Below the pieces are notes generated by a model, which was not told the DNA's origin, searched no databases, and saw nothing but the letters and a program-made list of their open reading frames with translations. A stretch of DNA of 38,750 bases from Syntrophaceae bacterium CG2_30_49_12 (lineage in GTDB: Bacteria > Desulfobacterota > Syntrophia > Syntrophales > CG2-30-49-12), in the NCBI GenBank assembly GCA_001873675.1, contig MNZP01000007.1, positions 1-38,750 of the forward strand, given 5' to 3'. Position numbers and translations under genes: made by a program. This document shows positions 1-9,415 of this stretch, in pieces. Numbering within the stretch: position 1 is the first letter of the stretch; every line of letters begins with the position of its first letter.

Positions 1-85
1 CGACGGCAATGAATTACCCCAGAGCATATGAAAAACGGGCAAAATTAAAATTCAACCAAAATTTACATAAGGAGGAAAATTTAAG

Positions 86-922
86 ATGGCTTACACGTGG
101 GAAAAGGTACCCGGCTTTAATTTTACAGATCTTCTCTATGAAAAGAGGCCGGGAGTGGCGAAGATAACAATAAACAGACCGGAGGCATTTAATGCCTTTA
201 CCTCTCATACCGGTAAGGAACTCGCAGAGGCGTTTGAAGATGCCGGGGGCGATGATCACGTCGGTGTTGTTGTTATTACCGGAGCAGGTAAGAAGGCATT
301 CTGTACGGGGGGAGATGCCAAGGAGGCGGAGGCTGGCTACAGTTCTGAGATGCTCAAGCATACTCCCAAAGTCCACGCCCTGATAAGGGAAATGCCTAAG
401 CCGGTAATCGCCGCGGTAAATGGTTTTGCCATTGGCGGGGGGCAAGTGCTCCAGCAGATTTGTGATCTCTCCATAGCTTCAGAAACCGCCCAACTCGGCC
501 AGGCCGGCCCCATGGTGGGGAGCTATGACGCCGCCTTTGGCGCCGCCTACCTGACCAGGGTGGTAGGAGAAAAGAAGGCGAGGGAAATCTGGTACCTCTG
601 CCGGCGATACACCGCCAGGGAAGCCTTAGAGATGGGGCTGGTGAATGCGGTAGTGCCTCCCGACAAGTTAGAGGAGGAGGTGGACAAGTGGTGTGACGAG
701 ATACTCGCGAAAAGTCCCGGCGCCATCAAAGGTCTTAAGGCGGCCTTCAACCTCATGAGCGCGGAGATACGGGGCTTGGAGATCCTGTCGTTTGATGGTC
801 TGTGGAGATACTATGCCACGGAGGAGGCTAAATACTACAAGCAATCCTTCTGGGAAAAGAAGAAAACCGATCCCTTGAAGTACCGGAAAAAGGAGATGTT
901 CCCGGGTATTTATGAAGAATAA
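86..922 (+). CDS. MenB/BadI-family crotonase (1,4-dihydroxy-2-naphthoyl-CoA synthase / 2-ketocyclohexanecarboxyl-CoA hydrolase-like)
   Basis: 278-aa ORF with AAGGAGG about 10 nt upstream of the ATG. It aligns by eye along its full length with E. coli MenB (ITINRP..NAF, ITGAG.KAFC.GGD, PKPV.A.V.G...GGG, GP.VGS.D...GA.Y..R.VG.KKAREIW.LCR.Y.A..AL.MGLVN.VVP). Confidence 0.85.
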   Translation: MAYTWEKVPGFNFTDLLYEKRPGVAKITINRPEAFNAFTSHTGKELAEAFEDAGGDDHVGVVVITGAGKKAFCTGGDAKEAEAGYSSEMLKHTPKVHALIREMPKPVIAAVNGFAIGGGQVLQQICDLSIASETAQLGQAGPMVGSYDAAFGAAYLTRVVGEKKAREIWYLCRRYTAREALEMGLVNAVVPPDKLEEEVDKWCDEILAKSPGAIKGLKAAFNLMSAEIRGLEILSFDGLWRYYATEEAKYYKQSFWEKKKTDPLKYRKKEMFPGIYEE

Positions 923-977
923 GAGACTTGATCAGAAAGCCGCAGAAAACAGAGCGGTAGCAGAAAGGAGGTAAAAA

Positions 978-2390
978 ATGTCCGCAATTATATCAACTGG
1001 CGCGTATATACCTTATTACAGGTTAAAACGTGAAGAAATAGTCAGAGCATGGGGTGGCGCTCAAAAAGGTGAAAAAGCGGTGGCCAACTTCGATGAAGAC
1101 GCTATAACCATGGCGGTGGAAGCAGGCAGGGACGCGCTACATGGCATAGATCGTCAGACCATTGACGGTCTCTACTTCGCTACGACCACGGCGCCTTACA
1201 AGGAGAAGCAGGGGGCGGCTGTTATCGCCTCGGCTTTGAATCTAAAGAAAGGTGCATTTACCGTAGATTTTACCGATAGTTTAAGGGCGGGGACAAATGC
1301 CTTACGTGCAGCTATGGATGCAGTAAAGGCCGGTTCCGCAACTAATGTTCTGGTTGCTGCCGCCGATTGCCGCCTGGGGGCGCCTGGCTCGGAATTTGAG
1401 CAGGTCTTTGGCGATGGAGCCGCCGCCCTGGTGATCGGCAAGGAGGGGAGTATTGATCTTATGTCCGGCTATACCCACACGAGTGAGATAATTGACCAGT
1501 GGCGCCTGGATAGCCAGAACTTTACAAAAAAGTGGGAGGATCGTTTTGTTGTCACCCAGGGCTACCTGGCCAATGTAAGTGAGGCCGTCGGCATTTTTCT
1601 GAAACAGCAAAACACAAGTCTCAAGGATTTTAATAAGGTAGCTCTTTATGCCCCTGATGCCCGCGGGCATCAGGAGGCCTGCCGGATGTTGAAATTAGAC
1701 AGCAAAACCCAGGTGCAGGCTCCCATGTTTGACACCATCGGCAACACCGGCGCTGCTTTTGCCCTGTTGATCCTGGTGGCGGCTGTGGAAGAGGCAAACA
1801 CGGATGATAAATTACTTTTAGTGAGTTACGGTGACGGCTGCGACATCTTTACCTTCCATGTAAAGGAAAAACCGGCAATGGATAAAGAACGCCGTGGTGT
1901 CCAGGGATATCTCAAGACGAAGAACTATCTCCCGAACTACGAGAAGTATATCCGTTTCCGTGAACTTATGAAGGTAGAAAGCGGCCGGCGCCGCCCCCCC
2001 TATGTCTCTTCGGCGGTGGTTATTCATAGAGACCGGAGAATGATCTATAGCTTAAATGGTTCTGAGTGCACTAATTGTGGCCGGCCCTTCTTTCCGCCGC
2101 AGAGGATCTGTCTCTACTGCCAGGCTAAGGATCAATTCAGGGAGATATCACTTACGGAGCGTAAGGGTAAGCTGTTTACCTTTTCTAAAGATGAACTGGC
2201 CCAATCCCTCGATCCACCGGTGATTGTAAGTATCGTTGATCTGGAAGGAAATTTAAGGTTCTACGGCCAGATGACTGATCGTGATCCCGACAAGATCGAA
2301 CTCGATATGCCTCTGGATTTAACCTTCAGGAAAATAGGCGAAGCTGAAGGATACTATAACTACTTCTGGAAATGTCGGCCAGTCAGATAG
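978..2390 (+). CDS. HMG-CoA synthase-like (thiolase-fold) domain fused to a DUF35 zinc-ribbon/OB-fold domain
   Basis: 470-aa ORF with GGAGG upstream. The N-terminus (GAYIPYYRLKREEI..W.., DEDAITMAVEA) resembles archaeal HMGCS. The C-terminal about 120 aa carry CTNCG..(x13)..CLYC plus an OB-like tail typical of DUF35. Confidence 0.75.
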   Translation: MSAIISTGAYIPYYRLKREEIVRAWGGAQKGEKAVANFDEDAITMAVEAGRDALHGIDRQTIDGLYFATTTAPYKEKQGAAVIASALNLKKGAFTVDFTDSLRAGTNALRAAMDAVKAGSATNVLVAAADCRLGAPGSEFEQVFGDGAAALVIGKEGSIDLMSGYTHTSEIIDQWRLDSQNFTKKWEDRFVVTQGYLANVSEAVGIFLKQQNTSLKDFNKVALYAPDARGHQEACRMLKLDSKTQVQAPMFDTIGNTGAAFALLILVAAVEEANTDDKLLLVSYGDGCDIFTFHVKEKPAMDKERRGVQGYLKTKNYLPNYEKYIRFRELMKVESGRRRPPYVSSAVVIHRDRRMIYSLNGSECTNCGRPFFPPQRICLYCQAKDQFREISLTERKGKLFTFSKDELAQSLDPPVIVSIVDLEGNLRFYGQMTDRDPDKIELDMPLDLTFRKIGEAEGYYNYFWKCRPVR

Positions 2391-2411
2391 ACTAAAGGAA
2401 GGAGGATAAAA

Positions 2412-3590
2412 ATGAGAGTAGATGCGATAAAAGACAAAGTGGCCATCATCGGCATGGGTTGCACAAAATTTGGTGAAAACTGGAATATGAGCGTGGAGGA
2501 TATGCTCATTGAAGCCGTTTATGAGGCTTATGCTGATGCGGGAGTGGAAACAAAGGATATTGAGGCGGCCTGGTTAGGCAGCGTAGGTTCCGCCTTTACA
2601 GGGGAGACATTGGGCAGACCGCTCAAGCTGAAATACAAGCCGATAACGAGGATAGAAAATGCCTGTGGCACCGGTATGGATGCCCTGAGAAACGCCTGTT
2701 TTGGCGTGGCCTGTGGTCTTTATGATATAGTCCTGGTAGCCGGTGTGGAAAAACTGAAAGACAGCGGTTACGGTGGCCTGCCGGAGTTTTTTTTCCACCC
2801 TGTCTATGGTCAGGGTTTTACTGCCCCGGGCAGGTGGGCGATGATTGCCATCAGGTACTTTCAAACTCATGGTATAAAGCCGGAAGAAGGCAAGAGGGCG
2901 CTGGCCAAGATAGCCGTAAAAAACCATCATAACGGGACCTTTTCGCCAAAGGCGCATTTCCAGAAAGAGATTACCCTGGAGCAGGCTATTAATGCGCCGA
3001 TTATTGCCTGGCCGCTGGGCCTCTTCGATTGCTGTCCGACAACCGATGGCGCAGCGGCAGCCATCGTCTGTTCGGCGGACATCGCCAAGTCCTTTAAGGA
3101 TGATTATGTCCTGGTGAAGGGTTTTGGTGTAGCTATGGGGCCCTGTCTGGGCAAGGAAGACATAGATTATAAATACGATCACCTGCCGGAGACGGAGGCC
3201 GCCGCCAGACAGGCTTATGAAGCAGTGGGGATAAAGAATCCCCGTAAAGAGATCAGCGTGGCCCAGGTTCATGATTGTTTTAGCATTGCCGAACTGACCG
3301 AATACGATGCGCTCGGTTTTTGCGAGCGGGGCAGAGCGGTGCAGGAAGTAGAGGCAGGCACGTTTACCTTAGAGGGAGAACTCCCTGTAAATACCGATGG
3401 CGGCCTGAAAGCCTTTGGCCACCCCCTGGGTGCGACCGGCCTCAGGATGTGTAATGAACTTTACCTACAGTTAAGAGGCAAGGCCGGCCCCCGGCAGGTG
3501 AAAAACCCCTCTCTGGGTTTGGCCATGGCACAGGGCGGACATCCCGGGATGCTTCTGCCGATTATAACTATCCTGGGTTGCCGGGACTAA
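2412..3590 (+). CDS. SCP-x/archaeal-type thiolase (acetyl-CoA C-acyltransferase-like)
   Basis: 392-aa ORF with GGAGG upstream. It has the motifs VAIIGMGCTKFG, a NACGTG nucleophile region, NTDGG and GHPLGATG. Confidence 0.85.
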   Translation: MRVDAIKDKVAIIGMGCTKFGENWNMSVEDMLIEAVYEAYADAGVETKDIEAAWLGSVGSAFTGETLGRPLKLKYKPITRIENACGTGMDALRNACFGVACGLYDIVLVAGVEKLKDSGYGGLPEFFFHPVYGQGFTAPGRWAMIAIRYFQTHGIKPEEGKRALAKIAVKNHHNGTFSPKAHFQKEITLEQAINAPIIAWPLGLFDCCPTTDGAAAAIVCSADIAKSFKDDYVLVKGFGVAMGPCLGKEDIDYKYDHLPETEAAARQAYEAVGIKNPRKEISVAQVHDCFSIAELTEYDALGFCERGRAVQEVEAGTFTLEGELPVNTDGGLKAFGHPLGATGLRMCNELYLQLRGKAGPRQVKNPSLGLAMAQGGHPGMLLPIITILGCRD

Positions 3591-3676
3591 CATGAAACAT
3601 ACGTCGTACGTCATAAGAGGAGGGCCACGCTCCGTCGTGGCCTAAGACATAAGACTTGAACAAAGGAGGTTGTAAA

Positions 3677-4618
3677 ATGGGTGAAAGACTAAAAGGTAGG
3701 GCAGCTGTGGTTACCGGCGCCGGTGGGGGAATCGGCCGGGAAATATCGCTGGCTTTGGCGGCAGAAGGCGCCGGCGTGGTGATTGTTGATCCGGGGGTAG
3801 CCAGAGACGGGAGTGGCACTGATCTTGCTCCTGCTGATCATGTGGTTTCCGAGATCAAGGCTAAGGGTGGCAAAGCCGTGGCGAATTACAGTTCTGTAAC
3901 CGATTTTAAGGTTGCCGAAGAGATAATCAAGAGTTGCGTAGAGAACTTTGGCCGGGTGGATATCGTCGTTAATTGCGCCGGTGTCTTGAGGGAACGGATG
4001 ATCTGGAACATGACCGAGGAAGACTGGGATCTGGTAATTGCCGTGCACTTGAAAGGCACCTTCAATCTCTGTCGTCACGCCTGTGTAAAAATGAGGGAAC
4101 AGGGCTTCGGCAGAATAGTAAACTTGACATCCGACGCCTGGCGGGGTACCGTAGGACAATGTAACTACGGGGCAGCTAAGGGCGGCATCGTCAGCCTGAC
4201 CAGGGCAATTGCCCGGGAGATGGGCCGCTATGGTGTTACTGCCAACTGTATCGCCCCTATCGCCGCCACGAGAATGACCATGACTGAGCAGGTAAAGGCC
4301 GGTATGACAAAGAGATTGGAAAGTGGCCTGATTACCAGGGCTTTTTATGATTCCTTCATGGCCATGCCGGGGCCGGAATATGTTCCCCCCATGGTGGTTT
4401 ACTTAGTCAGCGAAGCAGCGGCCAATATCAACGGGCGGGTGTTCCACGTGGAAAAAGGGAGAATTGCCATTTACTGTGAGCCGGTAGAAACGCTGGCCAT
4501 CTATAAGTCTGTCGAGAATGGCATGTTCAGGGTTGAAGAATTAGAGGAGTTTGTGCCCAAGACCCTCCTTACCGGTTATATCAACCCGGCGCCGGCTGAA
4601 CAGCCCAAGGCTAAATAG
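3677..4618 (+). CDS. Short-chain dehydrogenase/reductase resembling the MFE-2 (17beta-HSD4) (R)-3-hydroxyacyl-CoA dehydrogenase domain
   Basis: It has TGAGGGIG, NCAG and a Y-GAA-K catalytic motif, plus the MFE-2-like string GGKAVANYSSV...FGRVDIVVNCAGVLRER. I chose the start at 3677 because AGGAGG lies 8 nt upstream; the ORF also opens at 3656. Confidence 0.85.
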   Translation: MGERLKGRAAVVTGAGGGIGREISLALAAEGAGVVIVDPGVARDGSGTDLAPADHVVSEIKAKGGKAVANYSSVTDFKVAEEIIKSCVENFGRVDIVVNCAGVLRERMIWNMTEEDWDLVIAVHLKGTFNLCRHACVKMREQGFGRIVNLTSDAWRGTVGQCNYGAAKGGIVSLTRAIAREMGRYGVTANCIAPIAATRMTMTEQVKAGMTKRLESGLITRAFYDSFMAMPGPEYVPPMVVYLVSEAAANINGRVFHVEKGRIAIYCEPVETLAIYKSVENGMFRVEELEEFVPKTLLTGYINPAPAEQPKAK

Positions 4619-4641
4619 GGGTCAGGGGTCAGGGGTCAGGG
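4619..4641. repeat. Heptanucleotide tandem repeat (GGGTCAG)x3
   Basis: Three perfect copies start immediately after the TAG stop of the SDR gene. Confidence 0.9.
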
Positions 4642-4733
4642 AAACTTGCGGTGGAAAAGGAAAATTTATACTACAGGACTCCTTGTTCGAATCGTAGAGA
4701 ATTCGGACTTCAGAGCCAGAAGGAGGTAAGAAC

Positions 4734-5243
4734 TTGAGGAGATACGAAACCATATTTATTGTACCGGTTGATCTGGGGAACGATGAACTTATGGAGTTGA
4801 TTGAGCGGTACAAGACGATCATCACAGACATGAAAGGTACCGTGGTTAAAATCGAGAAGTGGGGGCAGAGAAAACTTGCCTATGAGATCAAAAAACAAAC
4901 AAAGGGGTTTTATATTTTAATTGATTTCACGGCTGTTAGCGCTGTCGTTACTGAGCTGGAAAGAAAGTTCAAGATTGATGACAGGATTTTGAAGTTTATC
5001 ACGGTGAAGAGGGCCGACAAGGTTGATCTTAAAGAGATTGAAAATGAGATAGCCGCTGCCGGCAGGGAGGTAAAGGGAGAAGAAACCTCTCTTCCCTCTG
5101 AGGTAAAGACCGCGGCAGGCGGAACTGATAAGATAGAGGATGTGGTTCTTGCGGTTACAGAACTTGAAGCGAACGTAAGAGGTGAAGAGTCCGCCCCATC
5201 AGGGGTTACAGAGAAAGAAGAAAATACAAGGGGGGGCGAATAA
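4734..5243 (+). CDS. rpsF: 30S ribosomal protein S6, with a long acidic C-terminal extension
   Basis: The protein begins MRRYETIFIV...KWGQRKLAYEI. It uses a TTG start 7 nt after AGGAGG and is followed by S18. Confidence 0.9.
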   Translation: MRRYETIFIVPVDLGNDELMELIERYKTIITDMKGTVVKIEKWGQRKLAYEIKKQTKGFYILIDFTAVSAVVTELERKFKIDDRILKFITVKRADKVDLKEIENEIAAAGREVKGEETSLPSEVKTAAGGTDKIEDVVLAVTELEANVRGEESAPSGVTEKEENTRGGE

Positions 5244-5246
5244 AAA

Positions 5247-5513
5247 ATGGCTTTACCATCAAAAGGTAGAAAAACTTCAAGGCCTCAGAAGAGGTTCTTT
5301 CAGAGAAGGAAGTACTGTAGATTTTGTACAGACTCAAACCTGAAAATAGATTACAAAAATCACACCATCTTGAAAGATTTTATCACCGAGAGAGGTAAGA
5401 TCATGCCGAGGAGAATTACCGGAACTTGCGCTAAACATCAAAGGGTTCTTACTATGGCCATAAAAAGGGCGAGGATGATAGCGCTGTTGCCTTTTGTTGT
5501 CTCTGAGGGTTGA
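5247..5513 (+). CDS. rpsR: 30S ribosomal protein S18
   Basis: The protein contains CRFC...IDYKN...[23 protein letters not shown]. Confidence 0.95.
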   Translation: MALPSKGRKTSRPQKRFFQRRKYCRFCTDSNLKIDYKNHTILKDFITERGKIMPRRITGTCAKHQRVLTMAIKRARMIALLPFVVSEG

Positions 5514-5545
5514 ACCTGAGAGTTAGAGGGGGGAGGGGGACTTGT

Positions 5546-6001
5546 ATGAGGGTTATTTTGAAGGAAGATGTAGAATCTCTTGGAAAAGTGGGAGCTACAT
5601 TGAATGTAGCTGATGGCTATGCAAGGAATTTCCTGATTCCGAGGGGGCTTGCCATAGAGGCGAGCAGTAAGAATCTTAGGGCCTTAGAACATGAGAAAAA
5701 AATTATCCTGCAAAGGGCCCAAACGAGAAAGAAGAAAGCCGAGGCGCTGACGGAAAAACTTTCGGGACTTAAGACCTGCACCATCTCGCGGCGCATTGGA
5801 GAACAGGGGAAGTTGTTTGGTTCAGTCACAACAAAAGATGTTGAGGAATTACTCCTTGAAGAGGGTATAGAGATTGACAGAAAAAACATCATTCTTACGG
5901 AACCGATCAGGTCTCTCGGCGAATTTCCTGTGAGGATTAGATTACATTCCGGTATTACAGCGGAAGTTAAGATCTTGGTTGTGGGTGAAACTGGGGGATA
6001 G
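5546..6001 (+). CDS. rplI: 50S ribosomal protein L9
   Basis: The protein begins [16 protein letters not shown]....[16 protein letters not shown] moved the start to the internal ATG at 5546, which follows a G-rich SD. Confidence 0.9.
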   Translation: MRVILKEDVESLGKVGATLNVADGYARNFLIPRGLAIEASSKNLRALEHEKKIILQRAQTRKKKAEALTEKLSGLKTCTISRRIGEQGKLFGSVTTKDVEELLLEEGIEIDRKNIILTEPIRSLGEFPVRIRLHSGITAEVKILVVGETGG

Positions 6002-7357
6002 ATGAAAGATATTGACACCTCTTTACACCGGGTGCCCCCTCAGAATATCGAGGCGGAACAGTCCATTATCGGGGGAATACTCCTGGACAACCAGTATTTA
6101 AACGCTGTCCTGGAAGTGCTGGAAGGCGGTGATTTCTACAGTGAATCCCATCGCAGGATATTCGCCGCCATCCTTGAGCTTGACAATAAGGGTGAACCAA
6201 GTGATCTGATTACCCTCAGTAATGCTTTAAAGGAAAAGAACCAACTGGATCATGTAGGGGGGCTGGCCTATCTGACTTCCCTTGTTGACAATGTTCCTTC
6301 GGCAGCCAACATTGCCTATTATGCAAAAATAGTAAAGGAAAAGGCAATTCTGCGCCGGCTCATCGGGACGGCTACCGATATCCTGAAAAAGAGTTACGAT
6401 ACCGGGGCAGATATCAATAGTGTTCTGGATGAGTCAGAACATGCCATCTTCGAAATATCTGAGAAGAAGATCAGGCCTGCCTTCTTCTCCATCAAAGACC
6501 TTATCAAGGATAGCTTCAAAACTATTGAGAGCCTCTACGAGAGAAAAGAGTTTGTCACCGGTGTTCCTACCGGTTTTGAAAAGATAGACGATATGACCTC
6601 GGGGCTGCAGAATTCTGAGCTGATTATCATCGCCGGCCGGCCCAGTATGGGGAAAACCGCTCTTGCCCTTGATATTGCCAGACATGCGGCGCTGGAAGTC
6701 GGTATTCCCGTAGCCTTGTTTTCCCTCGAAATGGCAAAAGAACAGTTGGCCATCCGCCTGTTGTCTTCGGAGGCCAAGGTGGATTCTCAGCGGATCAGAA
6801 GAGGATTCCTCGGAGAGACAGATTGGCCCAAATTGACGACGGCAGCAGGGAGGCTCTCCGAAGCTCCCATATTTATTGATGATACACCGGCCATTATGGC
6901 GCTTGAAATGAAGGCAAAGGCAAGAAGGCTGATGGCCGAAGCCGGCCTTGGTTTGATTATCCTCGATTACCTCCAGTTGATGAGAAGTGGAGCGAATAAA
7001 GACTCGAGAGAACAGGAAATATCGGAGATCAGCCGTTCCCTGAAGTCCCTGGCGAAGGAATTGAGGGTCCCGGTGGTAGCCCTTTCGCAGCTTAACAGGA
7101 GAGTGGAGGATAGAACTAACAGACGACCGCAGATGGCCGACTTGAGGGAATCAGGGGCTATTGAACAGGATGCAGACCTGATTGCCTTCATTTACAGGGA
7201 TGAGGTCTACAATAGATCAGAGGATAATCCTGAAAAGGGTATCGCCGAGATTATCATCGGGAAACAGAGAAACGGTCCGACAGGTATCGTAAAACTGACC
7301 TTTCTCGAAAAATACACCCGTTTTGAAAATCTTGCCCATCTCGAGGAGACAATCTAA
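6002..7357 (+). CDS. dnaB: Replicative DNA helicase DnaB
   Basis: 451 aa with PPQNIEAEQSIIGGIL, Walker A GRPSMGKTA, LSLEM and ESGAIEQDAD. No intein is present. Confidence 0.95.
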   Translation: MKDIDTSLHRVPPQNIEAEQSIIGGILLDNQYLNAVLEVLEGGDFYSESHRRIFAAILELDNKGEPSDLITLSNALKEKNQLDHVGGLAYLTSLVDNVPSAANIAYYAKIVKEKAILRRLIGTATDILKKSYDTGADINSVLDESEHAIFEISEKKIRPAFFSIKDLIKDSFKTIESLYERKEFVTGVPTGFEKIDDMTSGLQNSELIIIAGRPSMGKTALALDIARHAALEVGIPVALFSLEMAKEQLAIRLLSSEAKVDSQRIRRGFLGETDWPKLTTAAGRLSEAPIFIDDTPAIMALEMKAKARRLMAEAGLGLIILDYLQLMRSGANKDSREQEISEISRSLKSLAKELRVPVVALSQLNRRVEDRTNRRPQMADLRESGAIEQDADLIAFIYRDEVYNRSEDNPEKGIAEIIIGKQRNGPTGIVKLTFLEKYTRFENLAHLEETI

Positions 7358-8217
7358 GCTTCCAGAAGTTCCGGTTCCCCTCCCAGATGGGGGAGGGCGA
7401 GACGTAATTTTTTAAGGGCCTGTTTTTCAAGCTGCCTTGCCCGTTCCCTCGTAATATTGTAATGATTACCGATTTCCTGGAGGGTCTCCGGGTTGTCCGC
7501 CATAACTCGATGCCTGATGATATAACTCTCTCTCTCATTGAGTTTCGCCAGTACTACGGCGATGTCTCTCTTGACCAGATCCCCCTGTTCCTTTTTGATC
7601 AGCATCATTTCCTGATCTTCACCTTGATATGGGAGATAACCAATCATCGTCCTTGAATCATCTTCACCGTCCAGGGACGCATCCAGGGAAAGATCGCGTT
7701 GAGAAAGGCGAAGGCCCATTTCCTCAACCTCGTCTTCTCTAACTCCCAGAGATTCCGCAATTTCCCTGAATTCAGGCAATTTCTGGGAAATAGTTTCGAG
7801 TCTCTTCCTCTCCTCATTCAGTTTGAAGAATAACTTCCTCTGAGTTTGCGTAGTGCCGATCTTAACGAGACTCCAGGACCTGATGATGAAATTCCGGATA
7901 TATGCCTTTATCCACCAAACCGCATAGGAAAGGAGTTTGTGTCCCTTATAGGGATCAAATTTCTTCACCGCGTGCAACAAACCAATATTTCCCTCCTGGA
8001 TCAGATCGGTGAGGGCGATTCCGTAGCTTCTATATTTATGGGCAATCTTGACCACAAATCTTAAGTTTGAGACAACCAGTTTTTCGGCGGCCTCCATATC
8101 ATTATGTTTCCTGAACCTGACAGCCAGTTGAAATTCCTCATCTTCTCTCAGGATGGGAAAGCGGTTGATCTCTGATATATATAATTCAAGGGAACTGACA
8201 ACTACAGGTAATTCCAT
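7354..8217 (-). CDS. rpoH: RNA polymerase sigma-32 (heat-shock sigma factor)
   Basis: A sigma-70 family protein with region 2 (QEGNIGLLHAVKKFDP) and an RpoH-box-like QTQRKLFFKL. Confidence 0.8.
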   Translation of the reverse strand: MELPVVVSSLELYISEINRFPILREDEEFQLAVRFRKHNDMEAAEKLVVSNLRFVVKIAHKYRSYGIALTDLIQEGNIGLLHAVKKFDPYKGHKLLSYAVWWIKAYIRNFIIRSWSLVKIGTTQTQRKLFFKLNEERKRLETISQKLPEFREIAESLGVREDEVEEMGLRLSQRDLSLDASLDGEDDSRTMIGYLPYQGEDQEMMLIKKEQGDLVKRDIAVVLAKLNERESYIIRHRVMADNPETLQEIGNHYNITRERARQLEKQALKKLRLALPHLGGEPELLEA

Positions 8218-8312
8218 CCCTGGTGTTTCTCCATTTTTCCAGTAATTTCAGTACTTTAAATTATAGATGACTTAATGCTATTAGTCAAGACCTTTCTGAA
8301 AGAAAGATTCCC

Positions 8313-9341
8313 CTAATACGCCTCCTCATACGCCAGATCCTCTCTGGTAATTTTTCCCTTAAACAATTTATAGGCCCAGAACTGGTACGCTAATACGATA
8401 GGTACGAAGATAAGGGCCAACACAAGCATGATGGTCAGGGTCAAGGAACTGGAAGAGGCATTGTAAGCCGTCAGGTTGTAATCAGGGTTCAGGCTCGAAG
8501 GGAACATCGTGGGGAACAGGCCGATAAACCCGTAAAACGTTGCTCCCACAATGGTAATCGCTGAAGAAAACCATGCCTTCCAGTAACTTCCCTTAACCAG
8601 AAAGACCTTGATACAAAAGAGAGCCAGGACAGTGATCAAGATGAAAACAAAGAGGAGGGGATGGGCTAAATAATTGTCATAAATCTGAGTGGAAAACCCA
8701 GAGGCAATCAGGAAAACAACCGCGACAGTCAATAGTGCCGGCCACAATTTTTGGGCCATCTCGCTTCCCCTTTCATGAAGAGCCCCCTCGCTTTTTACAG
8801 CGAGCCAAATTGAGCCATGCACGAGGAAGAGGAGGAGGAAGAGAACTCCCCCCAAGAGTCCATAGGGATTGAGCAAGGTAAAAAGTGTCCCGTGGTAGAC
8901 CCCCTTGGCGTCAATGGGGATACCCCGAAAGATATTGGCAAAGGCAACGCCAAAGAGTAGGGCGGGAACGAGGCTGCCCACAAACAGGCATGTATCCCAC
9001 AACTTCTGCCAGCGTGGATTCGCAACTTTATTGCGAAATTCTAATGAGACACCCCTGATGATCAGGGCAAAGAGGATAAGCATCAGGGCTGAATAAAGAG
9101 AACTGAACATTACTGCATAGACCAGCGGAAACGCCGCAAAGGTGACGCCACCGGCGGTAAGCAGCCAAACCTCGTTGCCATCCCAGAGGGGACCCATGGC
9201 ATTGTACATGATCCTTTTCTCTTCGTTATTTTTCCCTAAGATCAGAAGTAGGCTCCCAATGCCTAAATCAAATCCGTCGGTAACAAAATAGACGGCCCAC
9301 AACAGTACCCAAAGGAAAAACCATATTGCTTGTAAATCCAT
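8313..9341 (-). CDS. cydB: Cytochrome bd oxidase subunit II
   Basis: 342-aa polytopic membrane protein (DGFDLGIG, WDGNEVWLL) immediately downstream of cydA. Confidence 0.9.
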   Translation of the reverse strand: MDLQAIWFFLWVLLWAVYFVTDGFDLGIGSLLLILGKNNEEKRIMYNAMGPLWDGNEVWLLTAGGVTFAAFPLVYAVMFSSLYSALMLILFALIIRGVSLEFRNKVANPRWQKLWDTCLFVGSLVPALLFGVAFANIFRGIPIDAKGVYHGTLFTLLNPYGLLGGVLFLLLFLVHGSIWLAVKSEGALHERGSEMAQKLWPALLTVAVVFLIASGFSTQIYDNYLAHPLLFVFILITVLALFCIKVFLVKGSYWKAWFSSAITIVGATFYGFIGLFPTMFPSSLNPDYNLTAYNASSSSLTLTIMLVLALIFVPIVLAYQFWAYKLFKGKITREDLAYEEAY

Positions 9342-9415
9342 TTTTCACCTCCTGAAATGATTACGGATTGAACACTAAAAATTGACGATGGAAATCCCTT
9401 GCAAATTGTTAATCG

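Noticed and set aside
4619-4641. Whether the short tandem repeats at 4.6, 13.05 and 18.4 kb are a CRISPR array.
   Set aside because: The units are 7-13 nt with no spacers of 25-40 nt, there are only 2-4 copies, and no cas genes are present. This is not CRISPR.
4646-4733. A possible rpsF operon promoter (TTGCGG-15-TATACT) and a small leader hairpin (CGAAT/ATTCG).
   Set aside because: The spacer is only 15 nt, the -35 is weak, and the stem is only 5 bp. This is too weak to annotate as a promoter or as an S6:S18 autoregulatory leader.
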